From an uncultured Bacilli bacterium (GTDB lineage Bacteria; Bacillota_I; Bacilli_A; RF39; UBA660), in NCBI GenBank assembly GCA_934087515.1, contig CAKOIY010000001.1, positions 3,308 through 67,307 on the forward strand: DNA of 64,000 nucleotides. The letters are read 5' to 3'. Made by a program: the position numbers and the translations under genes. The notes beneath the pieces were generated by a model. The model was not told the origin of the DNA, did no database searches, and worked only from the letters and a program-made list of their open reading frames with translations. Shown here in pieces: positions 38,062 through 48,049 of this stretch; within the stretch, counting starts at the first letter, position 1; each line of letters begins with the position of its first letter.

Positions 38062-38913
38062 ATGATAAAAGGAAAACCATTTGTTAAGTGGGCTGGTGGT
38101 AAGAGACAAATTATTGATAAACTTAAGAGGTATGTTCCGGATGAGTTTGATACTTATTATGAACCTTTTATTGGGGGAGGGGCACTTCTTTTTGAACTTT
38201 CTCCTAGAAGGGCTGTTATTAATGATTCTAATGATGAACTTATGAATGTTTATAGTGTTTTGTGTGATGAGGAAAAGTTTAAGAAGATGTGTAGTGTTTT
38301 GAATCATTATGAGAAGGAACATTGTGAGGAATTTTATTATGATATAAGAAATAAAGATAGAAATAAGAATGCTTATAAGAGGTTATCTGATTATACTAGG
38401 GCAGCACGTACTATTTATTTAAATAAGGCTTGTTTTAATGGTTTATATAGGGTTAATAGTAAGAATGAGTTTAATGTTCCATTTGGTAAGAAGGAAAGGG
38501 TTAATACTTATGATGGTGGTAATTTAATAACTGTTAGTAATTATTTGACTATGAATGATGTTGAGATTCTTAGTGTTGATTTTGAGGAATCTGTTAAGGA
38601 TGCTAAGAAGGGTGATTTTATTTATTTTGATCCTCCGTATGATTCAGAGACTTCGACTTTTAATAGTTATACTGAGGATGGATTTGGTAAGGATGAACAG
38701 ATAAGGCTTGCTAAGGTGTTTAAGGAGTTGGATTCTAGAGGTTGTTATGTTATGCTTTCTAATCATAATACTTCTTTAATTAATGATTTGTATAAGAATT
38801 TTAATATTCATGTTATTGAGGCTAAGAGAAATATTAATTCTAATGGTAAGAAAAGGGGTAAGGTTAAGGAAGTTATTATTACTAATTTTGTTAATAGTGA
38901 TAAGTTTGAATAA
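38062..38913 (+). CDS. dam: Dam-family N6-adenine DNA methyltransferase (orphan; no restriction gene adjacent)
   Basis: It has the motifs FVKWAGGKRQII, ..FIGGGALLF.. and DPPY. An RBS GAGAGG lies 6 nt before ATG at 38062. Confidence 0.8.
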   Translation: MIKGKPFVKWAGGKRQIIDKLKRYVPDEFDTYYEPFIGGGALLFELSPRRAVINDSNDELMNVYSVLCDEEKFKKMCSVLNHYEKEHCEEFYYDIRNKDRNKNAYKRLSDYTRAARTIYLNKACFNGLYRVNSKNEFNVPFGKKERVNTYDGGNLITVSNYLTMNDVEILSVDFEESVKDAKKGDFIYFDPPYDSETSTFNSYTEDGFGKDEQIRLAKVFKELDSRGCYVMLSNHNTSLINDLYKNFNIHVIEAKRNINSNGKKRGKVKEVIITNFVNSDKFE

Positions 38914-38941
38914 AAAAAATCAAGGATTTTGTCCTTGGTTT

Positions 38942-40216
38942 TTATATTTGTTCTAATTGTTTTTTATGTCTTAATCTATTTGATATTATTATAGTACATC
39001 CGATTATGAACATATATACTATTCCTGCTAGAATAATTAGTTTGAAGTCTGGATATATTTTTTGATTTAGATATACTGGTGTTGTTTTTACTAATTTATC
39101 TTTGTAATAGATACTTAGTGTTCCAATATTTTCCATATATTTGTTTTTATAGGTTATTTCATCTATTCCATCATAAACTAGTTTTATGTCATTTTTATTG
39201 TAATCATTTTTTAAATAATATTTTATATCTTCGTTTGCTGTTATGGCTATTTTGTCTTCGTTTAAATATTTGGTATCTAGTTCTTTAATTATTTCGCCTT
39301 TTTTTAGTACTGTTTGGTATCCATAGTTATTGAAGTAGTATTCGTATATTTTTTTTGCATCTTTTATGTGTCCGTTTAATGTGTTTGTTTTTGATGTTAT
39401 AAATATTAAAGTAGTGTTATTTTTGTTTGCTATGGTTGCTAGAGCATAACCTGCATCTGTTTCGTAACCTGTTTTTCCTCCAAGGATATATGGAGCTTTT
39501 ATGTAAGCATTTCTTTCATATAGTTTAATTGTATGTTCTATTTTTGTTCCATCTTCAAGTGTGTAGTACATAGTTGTAGCAATTTTTTTCCAGGTATCAT
39601 TTTTAAGTCCTGCTTTAAATAGAAGTACTAAATCACTCATGGTAGAGTAATTGTTTTTATCGTCCATTCCTATAGGATTAGCAAAACTGGTGTTTTTCAT
39701 TCCTAATTGTTTTGCTTTTTGATTCATCATTTTAACAAATGTTTCTTCGTTTCCTCCGACTAATCTTGCTAGTATATTAGCACAATCTGCACCACTTTCC
39801 ATCATAAGTCCATGTAATATATCATTATAGGAATATTGTTTTTCGTGGTTTAGTGAGGATGCTGAAGCGTCCATTGCTATTAAATCTTGGTAATCGCTTT
39901 TTTGAAATGATACTTTTTCGTTTAAATCATTAATATTTTCAATAGCGATTAATGCAGTCATCATTTTAGTAAGTGATGCTATACTTACTTTTTGATCTTT
40001 GTTTTTTTGAAATAGTATTTCATCATCTTTTAGATTATATAATATAGCATTATTTGAGTATATACTTAAATCGTTTTTTTGTTTTTTGTTTGTAGTTGTT
40101 TGTATTTTAGTTTTATGTGTTATTTGTTTGGCTTCTACATTTATATTTATATTTGTAATAGTAATTAGTAATAGAATTGTTATTACTATATATTTTATTT
40201 TTTTCATTATCAACAC
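38942..40216 (-). CDS. D-alanyl-D-alanine carboxypeptidase (S11, DacB/PBP5-like)
   Basis: It has a signal peptide, the SIASLTKMMTA (SxxK) motif and a C-terminal membrane anchor. Confidence 0.75.
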   Translation of the reverse strand: MLIMKKIKYIVITILLLITITNININVEAKQITHKTKIQTTTNKKQKNDLSIYSNNAILYNLKDDEILFQKNKDQKVSIASLTKMMTALIAIENINDLNEKVSFQKSDYQDLIAMDASASSLNHEKQYSYNDILHGLMMESGADCANILARLVGGNEETFVKMMNQKAKQLGMKNTSFANPIGMDDKNNYSTMSDLVLLFKAGLKNDTWKKIATTMYYTLEDGTKIEHTIKLYERNAYIKAPYILGGKTGYETDAGYALATIANKNNTTLIFITSKTNTLNGHIKDAKKIYEYYFNNYGYQTVLKKGEIIKELDTKYLNEDKIAITANEDIKYYLKNDYNKNDIKLVYDGIDEITYKNKYMENIGTLSIYYKDKLVKTTPVYLNQKIYPDFKLIILAGIVYMFIIGCTIIISNRLRHKKQLEQI

Positions 40217-40331
40217 CCTTTACTTCTATATTTACTAGATTAGTATATCAAAAATTTTAAAATTTTGCTACTTTTCTTGTTATATTGTTGAAATTTGTTG
40301 TATAATTGTCATATAAAGATAGGGTGGTTAC

Positions 40332-41273
40332 ATGATAGATAGTTTAGATAAAAAGTTTTTTGATAAGCTTAGAAATAAATATAATTATGATGATAAGACT
40401 ATGAATGCTTTGGCTAAGATTGTTCCTTGTATTGTTGATTATTATGGGGAGGAACATGAGTTTTTGATTTTGGAAGCGGTTTTAAATACTAAGATTATTG
40501 CTTGTAATTCTAAACAAACTATTTCTAAGGTAATTGCTGATTCTGGACTTACGGAGTTTGTGGGTGGTTCTTCTTTATATGATATTGATTTGAAAAAGCA
40601 GGAGAGTGTTTATGTTCCTAGTGTTAAGGTTATTTATAATGAGGAAATTAATTCTTATGTGATAGATAAAATTGATAGGATTATTGTTACTAGTCATACG
40701 TTTAATTATGATTCTCCAAAGGGACTTGAGGTTCTTACTCATGCGTTATGTCATTTAGTTAAGAGTTATAAAGATGAGTTTAAGATTGATGAGAATATGT
40801 TGTCTATAAGAAGTGGGATTGCTTATGAGAAGAGAAAGATTATGTATGGTGATGAGATTAGTTTAGATTTTGTTTCTAATTTTGGTAATGGGTTGGAAGA
40901 GGGATTTACTATTCTTGATACAGAACTTATTGTTTCTATGGTTCTTCATGATTCTTATAAGTGTTATGATTATGATTCTATTTATATGATTGCTTATATT
41001 TTGAAGGAGAAGTATGGATTTATTGGTGAAATTAATAATTATGAGATATGTGGTGATGTAGATTCTTTTAAGAGGGTTTATAAGAAGAGTTCTATTGAAA
41101 GACTTGCTGATATTTGTGATGATTGTGTTTCAATAGAAAATGATATGCATTTATCTTATACGAGGGAGGATAAGGATTCTATAGCAAGTATTTTAAAGAA
41201 TAAGTTAGAGAAGGATGCATATACAGAACTTGTTAGTATATATGAGGAATCACGTGAAGTTGTTAAGAATTAA
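40332..41273 (+). CDS. Hypothetical protein (313 aa)
   Basis: This is a clean ORF. I recognise no family for it. Confidence 0.4.
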   Translation: MIDSLDKKFFDKLRNKYNYDDKTMNALAKIVPCIVDYYGEEHEFLILEAVLNTKIIACNSKQTISKVIADSGLTEFVGGSSLYDIDLKKQESVYVPSVKVIYNEEINSYVIDKIDRIIVTSHTFNYDSPKGLEVLTHALCHLVKSYKDEFKIDENMLSIRSGIAYEKRKIMYGDEISLDFVSNFGNGLEEGFTILDTELIVSMVLHDSYKCYDYDSIYMIAYILKEKYGFIGEINNYEICGDVDSFKRVYKKSSIERLADICDDCVSIENDMHLSYTREDKDSIASILKNKLEKDAYTELVSIYEESREVVKN

Positions 41274-41282
41274 AAAAAGGAT

Positions 41283-42905
41283 TCATTTGATGTGAATCCT
41301 TTTTAGTATGTGGTTTATTTGTTCTTCTCCGAATACTTGGGTTAGTCCTTTGTTTTTGTACATTAGTACTAGATATGTTATCATTCCTATGATACCAATT
41401 ATACCTATTTTTGTTATTAATAATAGTTTGTTTGTTCCTATTGTGATTAACATATTTAATAGTATAACTATTATTGTCATTATTATTAATGGTATTATTG
41501 TTTTTGACATGTTTTTTAATATTTCTTTGTATTTGAATTTTAGTTTTTTCTTTAAGTAGATTAGTATTATTGTCATTGATGTTAATCCTCCGATTATGGT
41601 TGCAATTGATGTTCCGTAATATGGTGTTATGTTTAGTTTGTTTAGTAATAATATCATTGGTATGTCTAATAGGGCATTTAGGAGTAGTCCTACTATAGTA
41701 CTAATTATTACTAATTTAAATTTTTTAAATCCTTGAAGGGCTGTATTCATTACTGATAATGTACTTATAACTATACAAACTATTGCGGAAATGGCAAGTA
41801 TTTTTCCTCCGTATGGGCTTGTTCCATAGAATAGGGTATAGACATCTTTTGATAGAATCATTATTCCTATTACTAGAGGGAGTGCTACTAGAAGCATAGT
41901 ACTTATTGCTTGGTTAAATATTTTGTTTGATGATTGGTAGTCTTTTTTTGTATAGCTTTCTATTATATGAGGTATTAGGCTTGTTATAAGTCCCATAGAG
42001 ATTGCTGATATTATCATACATATTTTTGGAGCCCAGGTACATACTATACTTGATATTAGTTCACATTTATCAGCACTGAAACCTATTATATATAATCCTT
42101 TTATTATTAGTTTTTGATCTATTATTGTATATAGGTCATTTGTTATGGATATTATTATTAATGGTATACAGTAAAAAATTATTTTTTTACCTAATTCTTT
42201 GTTTGTTATGTTGTCTTTTTTATTTTCATCTGTTTCGAATAGTTGTTTGTTTTTATTGATTTTTATTTTTAAATATATATAGGCTCCTAGAGCTCCAAAG
42301 AAGGCTCCTAGAAGTGCTACTGATACTCCGATAGGGATGCTTGTGTTAAAGATATTTATTGATAGATATGATCCTATTAGAATTATTGCTATTCGTATTA
42401 CTTGTTCCCATACTTGACTTATTGAGCCTGGTGCTATGAATTTATGTCCTTGTAGATAACCTCTTAGGACACTTATGTAAGGTGTTATTATTAATGATAT
42501 TGATATTGCTTTTATAACTAGGCTTATGTCTTTTATTTTATTGGCTCCTTCGATACCATTTACTAGGAACATTGCTATTGAGTCAGAGAAGATAAATAAT
42601 GTTAGAAATGAGATAAATGAGAATGTTAGAATTATTTTTTTACCTACTTTAAATGTTCGTTCTTTGGCATCTAGTTTTCCTAATGTTACATATTCGCTTA
42701 TTAACATACTTATTGCTATTGGTATACCTGCGGTTGATATGTTTAGAAATAGGTTATATATGTTGTAAGCATATGAATATAGTACTCCGCCTGTTTCTCC
42801 AATTATTTTATAGAAGGGTATTACGTATAATACTCCTAGTATTTTTGTTATTATAATAGCAATGGATGCTATTAGTGTACCTTTTAAGAATGAATCTTTT
42901 TTCAT
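41283..42905 (-). CDS. MOP-superfamily flippase, SpoVB/MurJ-like polysaccharide biosynthesis protein
   Basis: The N-terminus FLKGTLIASIAIIITKILGVLYVIPFYKIIGETGGVLYSYAYN parallels B. subtilis SpoVB, and the protein has about 14 TM segments. Confidence 0.65.
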   Translation of the reverse strand: MKKDSFLKGTLIASIAIIITKILGVLYVIPFYKIIGETGGVLYSYAYNIYNLFLNISTAGIPIAISMLISEYVTLGKLDAKERTFKVGKKIILTFSFISFLTLFIFSDSIAMFLVNGIEGANKIKDISLVIKAISISLIITPYISVLRGYLQGHKFIAPGSISQVWEQVIRIAIILIGSYLSINIFNTSIPIGVSVALLGAFFGALGAYIYLKIKINKNKQLFETDENKKDNITNKELGKKIIFYCIPLIIISITNDLYTIIDQKLIIKGLYIIGFSADKCELISSIVCTWAPKICMIISAISMGLITSLIPHIIESYTKKDYQSSNKIFNQAISTMLLVALPLVIGIMILSKDVYTLFYGTSPYGGKILAISAIVCIVISTLSVMNTALQGFKKFKLVIISTIVGLLLNALLDIPMILLLNKLNITPYYGTSIATIIGGLTSMTIILIYLKKKLKFKYKEILKNMSKTIIPLIIMTIIVILLNMLITIGTNKLLLITKIGIIGIIGMITYLVLMYKNKGLTQVFGEEQINHILKRIHIK

Positions 42906-43038
42906 ATTTAATCACCTTTTAAGATTATATCATGTTAATTGTTAATTTCCAATATTTATTGATTTATTTAGTATGATTGGTTTTGGTTTTTTTGTATTAA
43001 TTTGTTATTGTTTCATATACTAGTAGTGGTGATTTGTT

Positions 43039-43569
43039 TTGAAAAGGATTAAATTTATTGGAGTTATTGTTATTTTTTTATTAACTATTTTATATCATTT
43101 TTTATATCATTGGTTACCTAATCCGGTATTTTCGGTGTTTTTTCCAGTTAATGAGAGTATTTGGGAACATATGAAACTTCTTTATAGTGGTATTTTTACT
43201 TGGGGAGTTATTGAATATTTTATATTAAGGAAAAAGGGGATTAGTTATAGGAACTTTTTTTCTACTTTATTTCTTGAGATGGTAACTAGTATTATGATTT
43301 ATTTAATTATGTATCTTCCTCTTTATAATGTTTTTGGAGAAAATATGGTTATTTCTATTGGTCTTTTGATTGTTGTTATTATTCTTGAGGAGATATTTAG
43401 TTATTATTTATTTAGTTATTCTAAGGAAAATAGAATTTTGAATAGGGTAAGTATTTTATTTATTGTTTTGGGGTTTGTTGTATTTTTATGTTTTACGTAT
43501 GATCCTCCTAGAAATTATATTTTTTATGATATTGTTAGTAATAAGTATGGGATAGATATTTATAAGTAA
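43039..43569 (+). CDS. Hypothetical polytopic membrane protein
   Basis: The ORF has a TTG start in the track and four to five TM helices. I recognise no family for it. Confidence 0.3.
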   Translation: MKRIKFIGVIVIFLLTILYHFLYHWLPNPVFSVFFPVNESIWEHMKLLYSGIFTWGVIEYFILRKKGISYRNFFSTLFLEMVTSIMIYLIMYLPLYNVFGENMVISIGLLIVVIILEEIFSYYLFSYSKENRILNRVSILFIVLGFVVFLCFTYDPPRNYIFYDIVSNKYGIDIYK

Positions 43570-43629
43570 AGCTTGTGTTAGGGCTTTATTTTTTTTTTGT
43601 TTTGCTTTATAATTATTTTGGTGATTAAA

Positions 43630-44937
43630 ATGTTTGAAACTTTAAGTGATAGATTAGAAAAAGTAGTAAAGAATATTAAGGGACATGGTAAGATTACTGA
43701 AGATAATATTGATCCTATGCTTAGAGAGGTTCGTCTTGCTTTACTTGAAGCGGATGTTAATTATCAGGTTGTTAGGGAGTTTACTAGTAAAGTTAAGGAA
43801 AAAGCTTTGGGAGAAGAGGTTAAGAAGAGTTTATCTCCTGGGGAGATGTTTGTTGGTATTATTCGTGATGAACTTGAAGCTTTGTTAGGAGGAGAGGCTG
43901 CACCTTTAAATTTAAGTGGTAATCCGGCTACTCTTATGCTTGTGGGACTTCAAGGTTCTGGTAAAACGACTTCGATTGGGAAACTTGCTAATTTTCTTAG
44001 GAAAAAGCATAGTAAGAAACCACTTTTAGTAGCATGTGATGTTTATAGACCTGCTGCTATTGATCAGCTAAAACAAATTGGTAAGGAACTTAATATTGAG
44101 GTTTATGAAGAAGGAAAGGGAGATCCTGTTAAGATAAGTCTTAATGCTATTAGTTATGCTAAGGAAAACGGGTATGATTATGTTTTAATAGATACTGCTG
44201 GGCGTTTACATATTGATGATGCTCTTATGGAGGAACTTAAGAATATTAAGGAAGAGGTTCATCCTATGGAAACTTTACTTGTTATTGATTCTATGATGGG
44301 GCAAGATGCTATTAATGTTATTAAAGGATTTAATGAAAATTTAGAACTTACTGGTGTTATTCTTACTAAGCTTGATGGTGATACTAGAGGAGGGGTTGCT
44401 CTTTCTGTTAGACATCTTACTAATGTTCCTATTAAGTTTGTGGGTGTTTCAGAAAAACTTGATGGTTTGGATGCTTTTTATCCTGATAGAATGGCTTCAC
44501 GTATTATTGGAATGGGTGATATTTTATCTATTGTTGATAAGGCTAATGAGGTTATTGATGAGAAGGAAGCGGAGAATTCTTTGAAGAGAATGAAGTCTGG
44601 TAAGTATGATTTGGAAGATTTTTTAAAACAAATGAAACAGATTAAGAAACTTGGTTCTCTTGAGTCTATTTTGAAACTTTTACCGGGTGCTAAGAAGATG
44701 GGTCTTAATAATATAAATATTGATCCTAAGGATATGGCACATATTGAGGCTATTGTTCTTTCTATGACTTTGGAGGAAAGAAGAAATCCTTCGATAATAA
44801 AGGCTAGTAGAAAGCAAAGAATTGCAAAGGGTAGTGGACGTTCTGTTCAAGAGGTTAATCGTTTGCTTACACAGTTTGAGCAAAGTAAAAAGATGATGAA
44901 ACAAGTAGCAAGTGGCAATTTTAAGTTACCTTTTTAA
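43630..44937 (+). CDS. ffh: Signal recognition particle protein Ffh
   Basis: The translation MFETLSDRLEKVVKNIKG... matches Ffh, with the NG domain motifs GLQGSGKTTS and DTAGR and a Met-rich M-domain. Confidence 0.9.
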   Translation: MFETLSDRLEKVVKNIKGHGKITEDNIDPMLREVRLALLEADVNYQVVREFTSKVKEKALGEEVKKSLSPGEMFVGIIRDELEALLGGEAAPLNLSGNPATLMLVGLQGSGKTTSIGKLANFLRKKHSKKPLLVACDVYRPAAIDQLKQIGKELNIEVYEEGKGDPVKISLNAISYAKENGYDYVLIDTAGRLHIDDALMEELKNIKEEVHPMETLLVIDSMMGQDAINVIKGFNENLELTGVILTKLDGDTRGGVALSVRHLTNVPIKFVGVSEKLDGLDAFYPDRMASRIIGMGDILSIVDKANEVIDEKEAENSLKRMKSGKYDLEDFLKQMKQIKKLGSLESILKLLPGAKKMGLNNINIDPKDMAHIEAIVLSMTLEERRNPSIIKASRKQRIAKGSGRSVQEVNRLLTQFEQSKKMMKQVASGNFKLPF

Positions 44938-45018
44938 AGAAACATGAAAAAAAAGTTGAAATTTGTTAATTGTTTGTGATATAATACAAATCAGTAAAGG
45001 CAAGAAAGGAGGGTTAAA

Positions 45019-45216
45019 ATGACCGAAGTAACAGTAAAAGGTAATTTAGATGGAGCATTAAAGAAATTTAAACAAAAATGTGCTCGTGATGGTGTCCTTT
45101 CTGAAGCCAAAAAAAGAAAGTTTTATGATAAACCAGGAGTAAAGAGAAGAGAGGAAAAGAAACAAAACATCATTAATTCAAGAAAGAGAAATAAAAGAAC
45201 AAATAGAAGTAATTAA
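45019..45216 (+). CDS. rpsU: 30S ribosomal protein S21
   Basis: The translation ..LKKFKQKCARDGVLSEAKKRKFYDKPGVKRRE.. is the S21 signature. A strong upstream promoter is TTGAAA-17-TGnTATAAT. Confidence 0.85.
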   Translation: MTEVTVKGNLDGALKKFKQKCARDGVLSEAKKRKFYDKPGVKRREEKKQNIINSRKRNKRTNRSN

Positions 45217-45252
45217 GTAGCTTAAAGGCTGCTTTTTTTGGAGGTAGATATT

Positions 45253-45693
45253 ATGTTAGAAAAGTTTAAAAAAGAAATGATAACTGCAATGAAGGAAAGA
45301 GATAAGGTTAAACTTAATACTTTAAGAGCAGTTAAAGGTGCTATGCAACTAGAAGTTATTAATAATAAGAAAGAAGAATCTGATGAACTTTTACTTGATG
45401 TTATTAATAAACAAATAAAGATGAGAAATGATTCTATTGAGGAATTTGAAAAAGCAGGTAGGGATGATTTGGTTAATTCTTATAAGAGTGAGATTGATAT
45501 TTTAGAGGAGTATATGCCTAAGAAATTAAGTGAAGATGAAATTAATGAAATATTGGACTTAGGTATTAGTGAGAGTGGTGCTAGTAGTGTTCGTGATTTA
45601 GGATCTGTTATGAGAATAGTTACTCCTAAGGTTAAGAATAGATGTGATATGAAAGTTGTTACTGGAATGTTAAGAGATAAATTAAGTAAATAA
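45253..45693 (+). CDS. yqeY: GatB/YqeY-domain protein
   Basis: The translation MLEKFKKEMITAMKERDKVKLNTLR... matches YqeY. The gene follows rpsU, as in Bacillus. An RBS GGAGGT lies upstream. Confidence 0.7.
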   Translation: MLEKFKKEMITAMKERDKVKLNTLRAVKGAMQLEVINNKKEESDELLLDVINKQIKMRNDSIEEFEKAGRDDLVNSYKSEIDILEEYMPKKLSEDEINEILDLGISESGASSVRDLGSVMRIVTPKVKNRCDMKVVTGMLRDKLSK

Positions 45694-45826
45694 TTTATCT
45701 TTTTTGTTCTGATTATTTTTATATTTTTTATTTTTTTAAGATAAGGTGTACATTTTGTGATTTTCTGTTGCTTTTTTTCCTATTTAAGGTTAAAATTAAT
45801 TTATAAAATATAGAGGAGTAAATAGT

Positions 45827-47956
45827 ATGGAAAAGAGGTTTAAGAGGGCATTTACTTTGGTTGAAATGTTAGTAGTTGTAGGAATTATTGCGGCTTTAAT
45901 GGTAACGGTTATTCCTATGGTTTCTAAGTATATAAAGGATGGAAAGAATGATTATAATGAGAAGCTTAAGTCTCAATTATTACTTTCTGGTAAGGATTAT
46001 TATAGTAATAATAAGGATAAGCTTCCTGTTAAAGTTGGTTTAAAGTATAAAAGTAAGGATTATGATGTTGTTTCTTTACCAGAGATGCAAAGTCAGAATT
46101 ATGTAAGTAATGATTTTGTTGATGCATATGGAAATAGTTGTAAGGAAAGTTTTGTTTATGTAAGGCAGAAGAATGATGCTAAAGAATATGATTATCATGC
46201 TTGTTTGAGATGTACTGATAAGAATGGTAAAATTATTAATTATAGTAATGATTTTGTTTGTAAAGGTAATAATTGGGGAGATGAGGTTGGTCCTGTTTGT
46301 TCTAATGATGCTAGTTATAATATTGGTGTTAGAAAGAAAAATGGTCATGTGTTTAATCCTAGTTCGGTTCTTTTAAGAGGTGTTAGAGATAGTTATGCTA
46401 CTAGTGGTGATAATAAAGGTAAGATAGTTGGGGCTTATGTTGAAGGAAAAGTTAAAGGTTTTCAAGTTTTTTTTCCTAGTAGTTATAGTTTTGATAATAT
46501 AATGGGTGTTAACTTTATAGAAAAGATTAATAAAGAATATTCAGAAAAAAATAGAAATGATGAGTATATTATAACTTTAACTGATGGTGTTCATACTTCT
46601 AGTAGTTGTGCTAAGTTTGTGATAGATAAAGAAAAACCTAGTTGTGTTTTTGATTTAAAGCAAAGTAAGGGTAATAAAACTTTGACTCTTAGTTCTAAGG
46701 ATAATTATAGTGATTCTATTAATATTAGTAAGCTTATTTCTTTGAAGGATAATGAAACTAGTGTAGAGGATAAAGGTATTAGAGTTTCTACTGTTTCTAA
46801 GAGTGTTTTAGGACTTAAAGATAGTATGTATTATGGTTATACTATGGATGAGGCTGGTAATAGTAATACTTGTTCTAAGAAAGTAAAAATAAAGATGTTT
46901 GATGGGGAAAAACCTTATTGTACTATTACTAATGATGTTGATAATAAATGGTATAGTTCTAAAGGTACATATAGAAGTAAGACTTTAAAGGCTGAGTGTT
47001 ATGTTGCAGGAGGTGCTAATAAAGCAAAAGTTGATTTGAAGAAAATTGGTGTAAGTAATGCAGTTGGTTCTGTTAGTGCTAAGAAAACTGATAATGATAA
47101 TCCTGATAATAAAGTTACTTTTGATATAGTGTTTACGCCTGCTAATAATAAGGCTGGTAATACAGTTGTTAGTTTGAATGAAGGTTTTGTTACAGATGAT
47201 GCCGGAACTACTAATGATAGTGTTAAGTCTTCAAATATTAAAGTTGATTCTATATCTCCTAGTATTAGTTATGCTCCTCAAACTTCTAAAGAAAGTGGAG
47301 GTTGGTATAAGGCTCCATTTAAACTTAAGTTAAGTTGTTTAGATAGTAATAGTGGTGTTTCTAGTTTTAAAGTTAATAATTCTAACTTTAGTTCTGGTAG
47401 TATAATTACTAGAAATAGTGCTGCTAATCCAGTTACTTATGCTTCTGTTTGTGTAGATAAAGCTGGTAATAGTGCTAGTGGTTCTAATAGTTATAAGGTT
47501 AAGGTTTATTCTGAAAATTCTATTTGTGGTATTAAGTCTTATGTAAAATGTAGACATAAAGATTGTGGGTGTGAAACTTATAAATATTGTACTAATGGAT
47601 GTAAAGTTTATAAGAAATGTAGTGCATATACTAATTGGTCATGTAAGAAAAAGACAAAGACTACTGGTTGTGTTGCTTATGGTATAGGTAAGAAATGTCC
47701 TTCTTGTTCACCTTATACAAAAACTACTAGTAAAAGAACTTGTGGTAAGTGTACTAATAAAATTTGTAAAAAAGTTGCTGGTGCTATTGTAACTATTAAA
47801 TATACTAGAAGTTATACTGATTGTACTCGTAGTTCTTATACATATAATTGTGGTTGCAAAACATATTATTATAAACAATGTGGTTGTAAGCAATATGTTT
47901 ATTGTGCTACTAAGAGATGTGGTGTTAAGTCATATGAGTCATGTTGGCATTATTAA
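45827..47956 (+). CDS. Giant modular type IV pilin-like protein (709 aa), paralogue 2, with an extremely Cys/Lys/Thr/Tyr-rich C-terminus
   Basis: The N-terminus MEKRFKRA|FTLVEMLVVVGIIAAL is a class-III signal. The conserved head includes YDYHACLRC. Repeat units begin [DE]K.P..C. The last ~150 aa contain 27 Cys. An RBS AGAGGAG lies upstream. Confidence 0.75.
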   Translation: MEKRFKRAFTLVEMLVVVGIIAALMVTVIPMVSKYIKDGKNDYNEKLKSQLLLSGKDYYSNNKDKLPVKVGLKYKSKDYDVVSLPEMQSQNYVSNDFVDAYGNSCKESFVYVRQKNDAKEYDYHACLRCTDKNGKIINYSNDFVCKGNNWGDEVGPVCSNDASYNIGVRKKNGHVFNPSSVLLRGVRDSYATSGDNKGKIVGAYVEGKVKGFQVFFPSSYSFDNIMGVNFIEKINKEYSEKNRNDEYIITLTDGVHTSSSCAKFVIDKEKPSCVFDLKQSKGNKTLTLSSKDNYSDSINISKLISLKDNETSVEDKGIRVSTVSKSVLGLKDSMYYGYTMDEAGNSNTCSKKVKIKMFDGEKPYCTITNDVDNKWYSSKGTYRSKTLKAECYVAGGANKAKVDLKKIGVSNAVGSVSAKKTDNDNPDNKVTFDIVFTPANNKAGNTVVSLNEGFVTDDAGTTNDSVKSSNIKVDSISPSISYAPQTSKESGGWYKAPFKLKLSCLDSNSGVSSFKVNNSNFSSGSIITRNSAANPVTYASVCVDKAGNSASGSNSYKVKVYSENSICGIKSYVKCRHKDCGCETYKYCTNGCKVYKKCSAYTNWSCKKKTKTTGCVAYGIGKKCPSCSPYTKTTSKRTCGKCTNKICKKVAGAIVTIKYTRSYTDCTRSSYTYNCGCKTYYYKQCGCKQYVYCATKRCGVKSYESCWHY

Positions 47957-47984
47957 AGATCGATTTTCGATCTTTTTTTTTTTG
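47957..47984 (+). terminator. Rho-independent terminator (agatcga-ttt-tcgatct + T11)
   Basis: The palindrome is read directly. The identical hairpin recurs at 49732-49755. Confidence 0.7.
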
Positions 47985-48049
47985 ATTGATAAAATTTTAT
48001 TTTTGTTTTATAATATTTTATAGTGATAATAGTGTTGGGAGGTATGAGT

